Shown here: piece by piece, positions 15,623 to 28,670 of the stretch
How positions within the stretch are numbered: the first letter of the stretch is position 1
How the letters are laid out: each line of letters starts with the position of its first letter
NCBI RefSeq assembly: GCF_009914755.1
Contig: NC_060928.1
Strand: one strand, 5' to 3'
DNA from: the human T2T-CHM13v2.0 reference genome, Homo sapiens
Length of the DNA stretch: 64,000 nucleotides
Notes under the pieces: model-generated
What the model was told of the DNA's origin: nothing
Databases searched by the model: none
Seen by the model: the letters and a program-made list of their open reading frames with translations, nothing else
Program-made: the position numbers and the translations under genes

Positions 15623-15974
15623 TGTATTAGTCAGGGTTCTCTAAAGGGACAAAACTAATAGGATATATGTATATATGAAAGGGTGTTTATTAAGGATAAT
15701 TGACTCACACAATCACAAGGTAAAGTCCAATGACAGGTTGTCTACAAGTTTAACAGCAAGGAAGCCAGTGGTGGATCAGTCAGAGTCCCAAAACCTCAGA
15801 AGTAGGGAAGCCGACAGTGCAGACTTAAGTCTGTGGCCAGAGGCCCAAAAGCCCCTGGCAAACTACTGGTGTAAGTCCAAGAGTCCAAAAGCCGAAGAAC
15901 TTCGAATGTGATATACAATGGCAGGAAGCATCCAGCACAGGAGTAAATTGAAGGCCAGAAGACTCAGCAAGTCT
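15623..15974 (-). mobile_element. MLT2A-type (HERVL) LTR, 3' portion
   Basis: 'tgtattagtcagggttctctaaagggacaaaactaataggata...cccaaaacctcagaagtagggaagccgacagtgcag...gaagactcagcaagtct'. Confidence 0.85.
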
Positions 15975-17207
15975 GAAATCCAATAGGGCAGTCATTAAAT
16001 CTTAAAGTTCCAAAATTATTTCCTTTGACTTCATGTCTCATATCCAGGGCACACTGATGCAAGAGGTTTCTCCCACAGCCTTGGGAAACTCCAGCCCTGT
16101 GGTTTCACAGGGTATGGCTTAGGTGTCCACCCCTCTCCAGCCTGGCTGCTTTCACAGGCAGGGAGCAAACTGTCAGTGGATCTACCATTCTGGGGTCTGG
16201 AGGATGGTGTCCCTCTTCTCACAGCTCTACTATGCAGTGCCCCAGTGGGGACTCTCTGTGGGAGTTCCAACCCCACATTACCTTTCTGCACTGCCCTAGT
16301 AGAAGTTCTCCATGAGGGCTCCAGCCCTACAGCACACCTCTGCCTGGACATCCAGGCATTTCCATACATCCTCTGGAATCCAGGTGGTGTTACCAAACCT
16401 CAGTTCTTATCCCCTGTGTACCCACAGGACCAACACCACATGGAAGCTGCCAAGCTTTTAAGCTTGCACCCTCTCAAGCTACGGCCAAGCTGTATGTTGG
16501 TCTTTTTTTGCCATGGCTGGAGTGGCTGCAAGGCAGGGTACCAAGTCCCAAGGCTATACACAGCAGGAAGGCCCTGGACCCAGCCCAGGAAACCATTTTT
16601 CCCTCCTAGGGCTCTGGGCCTGTAATGGGAGAGGCTGCTTTGAAGGTCTCTGACACGCCCTGGAGACATTTTCCTCATTGTCTTGTTGATTAACATTTGG
16701 CTCCTTGTTACTTATACAAATTTCTGCTGCTGGCAAGAATTTCTACCCAGAAAAATGGTTTTATTTTTTTTGCTACTGCATGGTCAAGCTGCAATTTTTT
16801 CAAACTTTTATGCTCTTTTTTCTCTTTAATGCTTTGTTGCTTAGAATTTTTTTTCTGCCAGACACCCTAAATCATCTCTCTGAAGTTCAAAGTTCCACAG
16901 ATCTCTAGGGCAGGGGTGAAATGCCACCAGTGTTTTTGCATACCAAGGCTGACCTTTACTCCAGTTCCCAACAAGTTCCTTATCTCCATCCGAGACCACC
17001 TCAGCCTGAACTTTGTTGTCTGTATCACTATCAGCATTTTGGTCAAAGCCATTCAACAAGTCTCTAAGAAGTTCTAGACTTTCTCACATTTTCCTGTCTT
17101 CTTCTGAGCCCTCCAAACTATTCCAACTTCTGCATGTTACCCAGTCCAAAGTCTCTTCCACATTTTCAGGTATCTTTACAGCAGCACCCCACTCTACCAG
17201 TACCAAT
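15975..17207 (-). mobile_element. THE1-internal (THE1D-int-like), without THE1 LTRs
   Basis: Continuous MaLR internal sequence up to 'cccactctaccagtaccaat'. ORFs 16031-17213 give typical THE1-int pseudo-peptides. Confidence 0.88.
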
Positions 17208-17441
17208 ATATGAGGTAACAGAGAACAGAGACATCACTGGTACATATTGAGACACAGGCTCGTAACCTTTTAAAATTAGACATCCGCCCCACTATCTCTA
17301 TTTTTTCTGATAGTAAATTAGTTACTGGAAGAAACCTGATTCTTGGGACATAAGTCCCTGTGTGGAAGAAAGGACTAGATTATTTTTAAGGCTTTCCTTT
17401 TATTTTCCTTTTCTCATTTCTATTTAGCAACTAAATAGTGT

Positions 17442-17504
17442 GTCCACAGGTTTTGGAGATTATGGTGTAGACATCTTGAGGGAGGCATTATTTGGCCTAC
17501 CACA
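17442..17504 (-). mobile_element. MLT1B/C LTR 5'-end fragment
   Basis: 'ccacaggttttggagattatggtgtagacatcttgagggaggcattatttggcctaccaca'. Confidence 0.6.
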
Positions 17505-17529
17505 ACTAGATTCAGATTAATGGAACGGA

Positions 17530-18830
17530 ATCACCAAAAGCAAAGGGGACATTTTAAAAGAAAATAAGAAGGCAAAACATATTACCTACCAAAAAGGAGG
17601 CAATTATCCAAATATCTGTGTTGGAAGCACAAGACAATGGAATAGTCTTCAATGTGCTCAGGGAAAATAACTGTCAGCATAGAAATATAGAATAATTATA
17701 TTTCAAATATGAGGACAAAATAAAAATATTTTCAGACAGAGAAAAACAGAGTGTTTATCACCAGTAACCATTCATTTATGGAAATTCTAAAGTGGCTACT
17801 TCATGCAAAGAAAAAAATCCCTAAATGGAAGTTCTGATATTCAAGAAAGATCAAAAGTAAAGATATTGGCAAATATGCAGATATGATAAAACAAATATTA
17901 ACAGTAAAGAACCCCATAATTTCTAATTGATATGATTTATTAAAAATAAAGTTAAAATATTATTAAAATACAGCATTAAATAGAAGAGAAAAATATGCAT
18001 TAATAAAGAAAGAGAAAAATTGGGATAAGTGGGAAGCATAAAGCAAGACTATATACATAAAATAAACTGTAATGGAAACACATAGACTAAACACTCAAGT
18101 TTATGGATAAGGATTGCCAGGTATATACAAATAAAAATTTACAAAATATGTATTTATAAAAAAATTAAAACATAAGGCACAAAAAGTATGATAATAATAG
18201 GATATAAGAACTTAAACTACTCAAAAAAACAGATAAATGTAGCCTAGAGTAGCAATATGAGTTACAGACAATGTAAATATTAAGGCGAAACAAAAGCATT
18301 AAAGATAAAAATGTGAGATCTCTGTACGTGAGTACTATTTCTATTGATAAATATCTATTGCAATTTTAAATGTGTATACACCATTTAACACGTAAAACAG
18401 GTACATATAAAGGAAAAAGTGACAAAAATACAAGTAGCAATTGTTAAATCTACTATTATGGTGGGAAACTGTAATATACATACTGTAGTATTGATAGACT
18501 GAGCAGACATAAGATATGCATGTGGAAGATGCGAACAACCTAGTTGTTAAGCTTTTTCTGAAGTACATATGTAGAATAATAAACTCAACAACTGGAGAAA
18601 GTACTTATTTTTAAGCATACATAGACTATTTCAAATAATAAAAACATACTATCCCATCAAGGCAGTTTCGCCAAATTTCAAAGAAATGGTATTCATTCCA
18701 TGTTCTCTGACCACAATGTAATTACATCAGAATCAAGAACAAATAAATTAATTACATGGTTTGAAGATTTCAAACACTTCAAAGTAAAGCAAACGAGAAA
18801 AATATGAAATAGAAAATTTGTTGAACTAAC
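17530..18830 (+). mobile_element. Ancient L1M, ORF1 end and ORF2 start
   Basis: 'gacaatggaatagtcttcaatgtgctcagggaaaataactgtca', 'aaataaaaatattttcagac', 'tgttctctgaccacaatgtaatt'. Confidence 0.75.
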
Positions 18831-18924
18831 GATTCAGAGATAATTGATTCTTTACAGAGAATAAATTAAAATATAATTTTTACCTTAAATTATCTATAAA
18901 AATTAATTTTGTTTCATTTTCACA

Positions 18925-21900
18925 TAGCAAAGATGTGAGAAAAAATATTACTTCCACCCTAAAAATAAAAAAAAATTTCAGATAATCTGATTTTTTTTCT
19001 TAAAGCACTGAATTCATTAAACACACATACACATATGAGAACTGAATTTCAAACAGTGACAAAGCCCTACACACTTAGGTACATAAGGCACACAAACAGA
19101 GCTCAGGAAGAGGTAACTACCAAAAGAGTGGATAAAAAGAAAGCAGCTAAAATTTTAAAATTTCTTAAAGGCCTGCTGTGATGCAGCATGTCAGTTTAGA
19201 AAAACTTGGAGCCCTCAACACAAGAAACTTTTTTACAGACCTCTACTGGATTCTTCTGAGAAAGGCTGGAGAGGATAAGGAGTCTGGAGAGATATAGTCC
19301 CATAGTATCAAAGGTATGCAGGTAGTGATTGACTTCTACTAGAAGACAGACATCAAAAACTTTTCACTTTCCTGTAACCTTTCTCATATGAAACAAAGTT
19401 TTAAGTTCTCGGGGGAGTCTCAGCAAACCTTCCTGCTACTAGCACCTAGACAAAGATGCACTGCATTTGGGGAAGTGTAGTAAAACTTACTGAGCTCAGG
19501 ATCTTGCATGGGCACAAAGCAACAGTTGGGGTAGAGAAGAAAAATTATCCTGACCAAGAGCCACCATAGACATAAAGCAAAGTATGTTTGCCCCAGGTTG
19601 AGAAAGAGGGTCAGGGAAATTAAGAGATCCACCAATGAGGCCTAAGCACAGAGGAATTGCCCAAAACCAATGTTGTACCAAGCAAACAGAAACACTACTC
19701 CTATGCTCCATCCTAAGCCAAACACAGGATAAAAAGTAATTGCATTACAACAGTATGGAAGGGATAAGAACATAGAGAAAGATCTTTTTTAAGGCTCAGG
19801 CATGCAGGGACTGCTTACCTTATGGGAGAGCAAGAACACTGAGAAAAATGCTTCCAAACCCTGACTCGACACTAAGCACATGGTATCAACAACCCCCCAC
19901 TGAAAAATATAAAGCTTATTTTGCACCAAAAGCAAAGAGAGGAAAAAAAAAACCTAAACACTTCTCAACTATTGATAAATTGACTCATACTCCCACACTA
20001 AAACCCTGACAGAAGATTATCCGTTTTCATAAATAATGCTATTTACTTCAGTCTCTAATTTTTTAATACAATGCCAAGCATTCAATTAAAAATTATGAAT
20101 CACATAAAAGAGAGGTTTAAAAAATACAAACATTTCAACTGATAAAGCAGTCAATATTTCCAGACTCAGAAGTGGTTCAGATGTTAGAACTAGCTAACAA
20201 AGATTCTAAAATAATTACATCTAATACATTAAAGGATCTAGTTAGAAAGGTGAACAGCATGCATGAACAGATAGATTTTCATGAGGAATTTCCATAGGGA
20301 GATGGATACTATAAAAATAGTTAAATAGAATTATAGGAATATATAACACAGTATCAGATATCAAAAATTTATTCAATAGAATTATCACAATACTAGAAAT
20401 TTTTAAATTAAATATCAGTAAACTGAGAGATACATCGATGGAAATTATCTAATCTGAAAGGCAAAGAGTAAAAAAAAAAAAAAACCCAGAACCTCACAGA
20501 GTTGTAAAGAAATCAAAAGATTTGTGATACATTAAAATGGAAACCCAGAAGAAGACAAAGAGAGTGAACAGGATAGTAGAAATATGTGAAGAGAAATGGC
20601 CAAAAATTTCCAAAAAATAATGAGAAACAATAAACTACAGAAACCAAATGAGAATTAATAGCAACAATTAAAAATACTTTTTAAACAGGCATAAAGAGAG
20701 GCATTATATAATAACAAAGGTTTCAATTCACCAAGAAAACGAAACAATTCTAAATGTGTATTCAACCAAAAATTAAATCTCAAAATACATATAATAAAAC
20801 CTAATAAAATGGAATTTGGTAATATAGAAAATCCAGATATAGAAAATCCAGTTATAACAATCTTCTTTCAGTGATTATTCAGTAAACAGAAACCCAGTAA
20901 GTCAATAATGCTATCAAAAACTTGGACAGAATTATCAAACAACTTGACCTAAACAATATTTATAAGACATTCCTCCCTCCTTCAACCAGTAGCAATGTTC
21001 TTTTCAAGTGCACACTAAGAATTTAACAACATAGAAGAGATTTGGGCTATAAAGGAGATTTCAACAAATTTTTAGAAATCATACAAAGTGTACTCTTAGA
21101 TCCAAAGAGAAATAACCTAGAAATCAACAATAAAAAGTTACCTAGAAAATTACCAAATATTTGGATATTCAACAACAAACTTTAAAATTAGCCATTATCA
21201 AAAGAGGGAGCTCTTTAGAAAATGTCTAAAAATCTGCAAAAAACTATGAGAAATAATAAGCTTAGCAGTAATATAGGATATGAGGTCAGTTTACAAAAAA
21301 ATAGAATTTCTACATACTAGACATAAACAACTGAAAATTAACAATAAAATACCCTTTACAATAGCATCAGAAAGTGTGAAAAAAGGGATATATCAAAAGG
21401 AACTAAGATTTGAACACGGAAAAATAAACAACATCGATGACAAAAATTTGAAAAGGCCTGAATGTGTTCAAAATTATACTATGTTAATGGACTGAATATT
21501 GTGTCAATTCTCCCTAAATTGATCTAAGAATTTAATCACAATAAAAATCCTACTAGACTTTTTCTTTCAAGTTGAATGGCTATATATTACTTGGGAAAGT
21601 GAAGGAATTAAAAGACACAAAACAATTTTGAATAAGAGAATACTGTAAGACTCATAGTACCTGATTTCAAGTCTTACTATAAAGTAACAGTGATAAATAT
21701 ATGGCATAGTATAAGGATAGTTACATGGATGAATGGAACAGAAGAGGGAGCATATAAATACATCCACACATGTATGCTCAATTTGTTTTCAGCAAAGTTG
21801 CCAAATAATTTCAATGGAAAGAAAAAAATATTTTCAACGAATGGTACTGGAACTATTGGGATTCCATATGCAAAAAATAATCTTAACTCTTATAATCTAT

Positions 21901-22068
21901 ATAATAACATAAAGTTGGTGATAGACTGTATGTAAAACTTAAAACTGTAGTACTTCTGGGGGATTAAAAAAAACTCTGTGGCATTGTATTAGGTAAATAT
22001 TTCTTAGCACACAACAACTAAAGCCATGAATGAAAAATATTTATAAATTGACTTCATCACAGTTCAAA
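18925..22068 (+). mobile_element. Ancient L1M: 5'UTR, ORF1 and deleted ORF2
   Basis: ORF1-like 'cagatgttagaactagctaacaaag', ORF2-like 'ttcttttcaagtgcacac' and 'ttttcaacgaatggtactggaac'. Confidence 0.7.
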
Positions 22069-22069
22069 A

Positions 22070-25000
22070 GACATCAACAGAATATCCTACTCAACAACAA
22101 CAGAATATGTATTCTTCTCATCTCCAGATGGCATATACTCCAAGATCAACCACATGCTCATTTATAAGGCAAGTCACAACAAATTCAAAATAATTGAAAT
22201 CATACCACCCACACTCTTGGAACACAACACAATAAAAATAGAGATCAATATCAAGAAGATGTCTCAAAACCATATAATTACATGGAAATTAAACAACTTT
22301 CTCCTCCTGAAAGACTTTTGGATAAAGAAGAAAATTAAGGCAGAAATAAACAAATTCCTTGAAACTAGTGAAAACAGAGACACAATATGCCTGAATCTCT
22401 GGGACACAGCAAAAACGGTGTAAAGAGGAAAGTTTATATCACAGAATTTCTAACATCAAGAAGTTAGCAAGATCTCAAATTAACAACCTAGCATTGTATC
22501 TAAAGGAACTTGAAAAACAAGAGCAAACCAACTCCAGGCTAGTAGGAGAAAATAAATAACCAAAACCAGAGCTGAACTGAATGAAATTCAGATGCAAAAA
22601 TCTATACAAAAGATCAGTGAAACTAGAGGTCAGTTCTTCAAAAGATTAAACAAGATCGGTAGACTATTAACTACATTAATAAAGAAAAAAATAGAATATC
22701 CAAATAAGCATAATCAAAAATGACAAAGGGGACATTACCACAAACCTTACAAAAAACACTTAGCAATTATTACAAACACCTCTATGCACACAAACTAGAA
22801 AATCTAGAGGAAATAGATCAATTCCTGGTAACACAGAACCTCCCAAGAGTGAGTCAGGAATAAACTGAAATCCTGAGCACACCAATAATGAATTCTGAAA
22901 TTGAATCAGTAATAAAAAACCTAGCAACCAAAAAAAGAGCCCTGGACCAGGTGGATTCATAGCTGAGTGTTAACAGACATAAAGAAGAGCTCGTACCAAT
23001 TCTGCTGAAACTATGCCAAAAAGTCAACAAGGAGGGACTCCTCCCTGATGCATTCTATGGAGTCAGCATAATTCTGATATGAAAACCTGGCAAAGATACA
23101 CTGAAAAAAGAAATCTACAGGCCAATTTCCCTAATGAACATAGATGCAAAAATCCTCAACAAAATAATAACAAACTGAATCCAGTAGAACATCAAAAAGT
23201 TAATCAACCACAATCAAGTAGGCTTTATTCCTGGGGTGCAAGGTTGGTTCAACATATGCAAAAAAAATGTGATTCACTACATAAACACAATACAACAAAA
23301 CCCCACATGATTATCTCAATAGATACAGAAAAAGCTTTCAATAAAATTCAACTTCCCTTCATTATAAAAACCATGAACAAATTAGGCTTTGAAGGAACAT
23401 ACCTCAAAATAATAAAAGCCGTTTATGACAAATCCACATCCAACATCATACTGAATTGGCAAAAGCTGGAAGCATTTCCGTTGAGAACTAGAAGACAAGA
23501 ATTTCCTCTCTAACCACTCCTACTTAACCTAGTGCTGGAAGTTCTGGCCAGAGCAGTCAGGCAAGAGAAATAAAATGCATTCAAATAGGAAAAGAGGAAG
23601 TCAAACTATCTCTCTTCACAGATGATATAATTCTATACCTAGAAAACCCTATATACTCCATCAAAAACTTCTTAGAACTGACAAACAATTTTAGTAAACT
23701 TTCAGGGTACAAAATCAATGTACAAAAGTTAGTAGCATTTCTATACACCAATAGTGTTCAAGCTGAGAGCCAAATCAATAATGCAATCCCATTTACAATA
23801 GCAACAAAAAGAATGAAATTTCTAGGGATACAGCTGACCAAGGAAGTGAAAGATCTCTGCAAGAACTAAAAAACACTGCTGAAAGAAACCAAAGATGACA
23901 CAAACAAATGGAAAAACATTCCATGCTCATGGATTGAAATAATCAATATCATTCAAATTGCAACACTGCCCAAAGCAATGTACAGATTCAATCTAAAATG
24001 GACAAAGGATATGAACAGACATTTCTCAAAAGAAGACATACACACAGCCAACAAATACATGAAAAAATACTCAGCTACTCATTAGAGAAATGGAAATCAA
24101 AACCATGATGAGATAACATCTCACACCAGTCAGAATGAAAAGTCAAAAAATAACAGATGTTTGTGAGGCTACAGAGAAAAAGGAACACTTATACACTGCT
24201 AGTGGGAATGTAAATTAGTTCAGTCACTGTAGAATGCAGCTTGGTGATTTCTCAAAAAATCTTAAAACAGAGCAACCATTCACTCAGCAGTTGCACTCCT
24301 AGACATATACCCAAAGGAAAATAAATCATTCTATCTAAAAGTCACATGCATATGTATCTTCATTTTGTTACTGAAACACCAGGGGTTTGGTGTGAGTCCT
24401 GCTGCTCACCACATAGAAAACCAATCACTGAGACAATGAGTATTGCTAGGGAAGAAGGCTTTATTTGAGTGCTATAGCCAAGAAGAAATGGGAGATGAGA
24501 CTCAAATTTGTCTCCCTGGCTGACTACAATTAGGAGTTTATATAGCAAGGAAGAAATGGAACTATATGTGGAAAAGCAGAAATCAGGGAGAGGTAAGAAG
24601 AGGAGTTGGTAAACAAGAATCATGATGAATGAGGGCTCTGGCATCTCATTGTCTGGATGTAGTGATCTGGTGAGTCCAGTTCCTGAATACTATCTGGGAG
24701 GCCAAGGGTGGTGTTCCTGGGGAAGAAACTCAGATAAGACAAATGTAGGTTTGAGCTTTAAGACCAGGAGGGTCAATTTTTATCATTATCCACAAAACAG
24801 TAAACATCAATTCTATGGGAGTGTTGGGCTAGTTTCAACAGCAGCACTGTTCATAATAGCAAAGACATGGAATCAACCTAGATGTCCATCAACAGTGGAC
24901 TGGATAAGGAAAATATGATACACATACACCATTGAATACTTGGAATAGTATGCAGCCATAAAAAAGAATGAAATCATGACCTTTGCAGCAACATGGACAC

Positions 25001-25309
25001 AGCTGGTGGCCGTTATCCTAAGCAAATTAATGCAAGAACAGGAAATACCACATGTTCTCACCTATAAGCAGGAGCTAAACATTGAGTACACATAGGTACA
25101 AAAATGGGAATAATACAGGCCAGGGACTACTTGAAGTGTTAGGCCAGGGTGGGGGCTTGGGTTGAGAACTACTTATCTGGTGCTATGTTTACTACTTGGG
25201 TGATGGAATCATTTGTACACTAAACCTCAGTGACAAACAATTACCCATGTAACAAATCTATATATGTATTACATGTACCCTCTGAACCTAAAATAAAAGT
25301 TTAAAAAAA
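22070..25309 (+). mobile_element. L1PA15/16-like LINE-1, 5'-truncated, with internal ORF2 deletion and nested LTR
   Basis: ORF 23079-23513 contains ORF2p RT-like '[19 protein letters not shown]...[13 protein letters not shown]'. 3'UTR 'aaacctcagtgacaaacaattacccatgtaacaaa...tgaacctaaaataaaagtt' followed by an A tail. Confidence 0.9.
24366..24837 (-). mobile_element. ERV solo LTR (LTR47/LTR26-like; family tentative)
   Basis: TG...CA termini. On the minus strand, TATA-like 'ctatataaac' and 'aataaagcc'. Interrupts the L1 at 'cttcatt|acagcagcactg'. Confidence 0.75.
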
Positions 25310-25389
25310 GTTCAATAAATGAAGAGAAAATATTTACAAATCTCATATTAGATAAAGGGTCTATATTCAGGATAGATGAATAGATAGAT

Positions 25390-25432
<43 letters not shown>

Positions 25433-26290
25433 TAAAGACTGATATTTTACAATTCAATAATGTAAAATCAACCTATCCTTAAAATACTGGACAAATAGTT
25501 GTATACAAGAGATTTGGATACCTAGTAATCACAAGATAAGATGCTCAAGTTCATTATTCATTAGAGAAATTCAAATGCAAACCACAATAAGGTATTACTA
25601 GGCAGTACTACACTGTCTAAAATCACAAAAACTAAAAATACAAAAGGTAGGAGGGAATTTGAAGCAATTTAAATTTTTGTACATTTTACTGGTTGGAATG
25701 CAAATGGTACAGCCACTAGAAAAACTAGTTTGTATCCATTTCTTATAAGGTTAAGCATACCCTTACTGTATGAATGAATAATGTTATTCCTTTGCATTTA
25801 TGCAGAAGTATTGAAAACATATCTACACAAATATCTGTATAATCATATTTATAGTTCCTTTATTTATAATAAAAAACTGGAAACAATCCAAAGGTTCACA
25901 AACTAGTTAGTGAATGAACAATTTTTGCTACATTCATATAATGGAATTTTGCTTAGCAATGAAATGGAATGAATTAAAACATGCAACAATATGGATGAAC
26001 CTAAAAAACCTTTTGCCATGTGAAGGAAACCAGACAGCAAAGACTATATATTGTACTATTTCATTGTGCTGGGAAATTGCAAAACTATAGGTAAAAAATA
26101 GATGAGTGTTTCCCAGGCGCTGAGAGTGAGGAGGTGAAGGGAACGTTACCACAAATGGCATGTGGAAATCTTTTTGTGGTGATGGAAATCTGCTATACCT
26201 TGTCTTGAAGATGGTTACATGACTCATACTTTTGCCAAAACTCATAAAAGTGTGGAAATAAAAGAAAATAAAATTTACTATATGTGAATG
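25310..26290 (+). mobile_element. L1MC/ME-type 3' region
   Basis: 'gaaattcaaatgcaaaccacaataagg', 'catgcaacaatatggatgaacct', 'ggtgatggaaatctgctataccttg'. Confidence 0.75.
25371..25432. repeat. (GATA)n tetranucleotide microsatellite
   Basis: atagatagatag array seen directly. Confidence 0.95.
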
Positions 26291-26473
26291 AATTTAATTC
26301 TGCATGGACTTTAACATTTTTCATTAAAAATGTGAAATATATTTATGAGCAGGAGGTAAGACACAAAAATTATAAATGATAAGGGAAAAATAAGTTTAAA
26401 TACATTTAATACATTAAAATTAGAAATGTCTATTCATCAAAGACACCAAAAGCCTGTGAGAATATAAGCAACC

Positions 26474-26785
26474 TTTTTTTTTTTTTTTTTGAGTCAGTAT
26501 CTCACTGTCTCTCCCAAGCTGGAGTGCAGTGATGTGATCTCTGCTCACTACTGCAACCTCCACCTTCCAGGTTCAAGCGCTTCTCCTGCCTCAGCCTCCT
26601 GAGTAGCTGGCATTACAGGCGTCCACAACCAACCCTGGCTATTTTATTTTATTTTATTTTATTGTAGTAGAGACGGGGTTTCACCATGTTGGCCAGGCTG
26701 GCTTTGAACTCCTGACCTCAAATGATCTGACTGACTCGGCCTCCCAAAGTGCTGGGATTACAGATGTGAGCCACGGCTCCCAGCC
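26474..26785 (-). mobile_element. AluS
   Basis: Full dimer with poly-T tail. TSD taagcaacct/taaacaacct. Confidence 0.95.
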
Positions 26786-27208
26786 TAAACAACCTAATTG
26801 AAAAATACATTTGCAGCACAAGTAAGTGACAAAAGATTAAAATTGAGACAGTAGATACTAAAAAAATCGATGAGAAAGAGAGACTCCTAATAGTAAATGG
26901 ATATATATATCACAGATTTTAAAATATGTACATAGGCAATAATCTTATTTTAAAATATTTAATCTCATTAATAATCTAGAAAATGCAAGTTTATACTGAA
27001 GTTCATTTAACATCTAAAACATTAACAAAAACAAAAACTGTGACAATATAAAATGTTAAATGATTTGTGAAGTAACAGGAACTTTTACACGTTGCCAATG
27101 AGAGAATAAATTCACGCAACAATACAGTATTATGTAGTGACATTGAATATGCAATTACCCTACAATCCTACAATTCTACCTCTAGGTATACACTCTAAAG
27201 AAGTTTTT

Positions 27209-27513
27209 GGCCAGGCACGGTGGCTCACGCCTATAATCCCAGCACTTTGGGAGGCCGAGGTGGGCAGATCACCTGAGGTCAGGAGTTCGAGACCAGCCTG
27301 GCCAACATGGCGAAACCCTGTCTCTACTAAAAATACAAAAAAAATTAGCCAGGCATGGTGGCATGCACCTGCAATCCCAGCTACTTGGGAGGCTGAGGCA
27401 GGAGAATCGCTTGAATCCAGGAGGCAGAGGCTGTAGTGAGCCGAGATTGCACCATTGTACGCTGCAACGAGAGCGAAACTCCATCTCAGAAAAAAACAAA
27501 AACAAACAAACCA
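27209..27513 (+). mobile_element. AluS (Sq-like)
   Basis: 'ggccaggcacggtggctcacgcct...gatcacctgaggtcaggagttcg...gagagcgaaactccatctc' followed by an A-rich tail. Confidence 0.95.
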
Positions 27514-27769
27514 AAGAAACTGATATAAATATGTCAAGAGATATAGACTGAACTACTTATACTGATATGTTTTAATATGAAATAATTTAATGTCAACAAC
27601 AATAAGAACGTAGAAATAGAAATGGTATATTCATTTACAAGATACTATATTGCAGTAAAAATAAATATCTATAGCTACAAATGTCAACATCATGGATATC
27701 AGAAACTTAATATTGGGCAAAAAATGAAACCTACACAATGAATACAAAACTGTTCTTTTTAATTTTTCT

Positions 27770-28670
27770 CTTTTAATAACATTTTTATTTTAAAACATTT
27801 TTGGAACTAAAAAAATTGGAAAGATAGTATAGATTTTCCATATAACCCCACACACAATTTTTCTCCATTATTAACTTCTTACTTCAGTATGGGACATTTT
27901 TTACAAAAAAACAATGTTGATACATTATTATTAATTAAAGTCCATGCTTTAAAAACTAAGACTGTTTTAGTTTTTAACCTAATGTCCTTTTTCTGTTCCA
28001 GGATCCCATCCAAGATACCACATTACATTTAGTAATCATAGCTTCTTATGCTCCTTTTTGATGGGATAATTTCTAAGAGTTTCCTTGCTTTTGATTACCT
28101 TGACACTTTTGAGGAACACTTGTCAGTTACTTTGTAGCATGCCTCTCTACTGGAATTTTTCTGATGCTTTTCTCATAATTAGACTCGATTTATATGTTTT
28201 GAAAGGAACACTATAGAGGTAAAGTATTATTTTAATCATATATCAAGAACGATATTGTCTGTCAACAAAATTTGTCACTTTTTTGTTTCTTTTTTTTTTT
28301 TTTTTTTTTTTTTTTTGAGACAGTCTCACTCCATCACCCTAGCTGGAGTGCAGTGGCATAATCTCTGCTCACTGTAACCTCCACCTCCTAGGCTTAAGTG
28401 GTTCTCCATTCTTGTGCCTCGGTCTCCTGAGTACCTGGAATTACAGGCGTGGCCCACACACCTGGCTAATTTTTTATATTTTTAGTAGAGATAGGGTTTC
28501 ACCATGTTGGCCAGGCTAGACTCGAACTCCTGATCTCAAGTGATCTGCCCGCTTCAGCCTCCCAAAGTGCTGGGATTACAGTCATGAGCCACTGCATCCG
28601 GCCTGTCACTGTTGAAGCTAACCTTAATCACCTGGTTAAGGTAGCATTTGTCAGATTTCTCTACAAAAGT
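27770..28670 (-). mobile_element. L1MC-type 3' end
   Basis: 'tttttctgttccaggatcccatccaagataccacattacatttagt', 'ttaatcacctggttaaggtag'. Confidence 0.75.
28280..28603 (-). mobile_element. Alu (old S/J)
   Basis: Poly-T tail and dimer. TSD tgtcact at 28273-28279 and 28604-28610. Confidence 0.95.

Larger units (their letters stand above)
26340..27750 (+). mobile_element. L1ME-type fragments hosting two Alus
   Basis: 'ctattcatcaaagacacc', 'ccctacaatcctacaattctacctctaggtatacactc'. Confidence 0.6.

Noticed and set aside
22154-23513. ORFs similar to L1 ORF2p
   Set aside because: Short fragments of a truncated, frameshifted, internally deleted L1; not an active element
27137-27551. Alu-derived ORFs (also 3590-4296 and 7239-7526)
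   Set aside because: Typical Alu pseudo-translations
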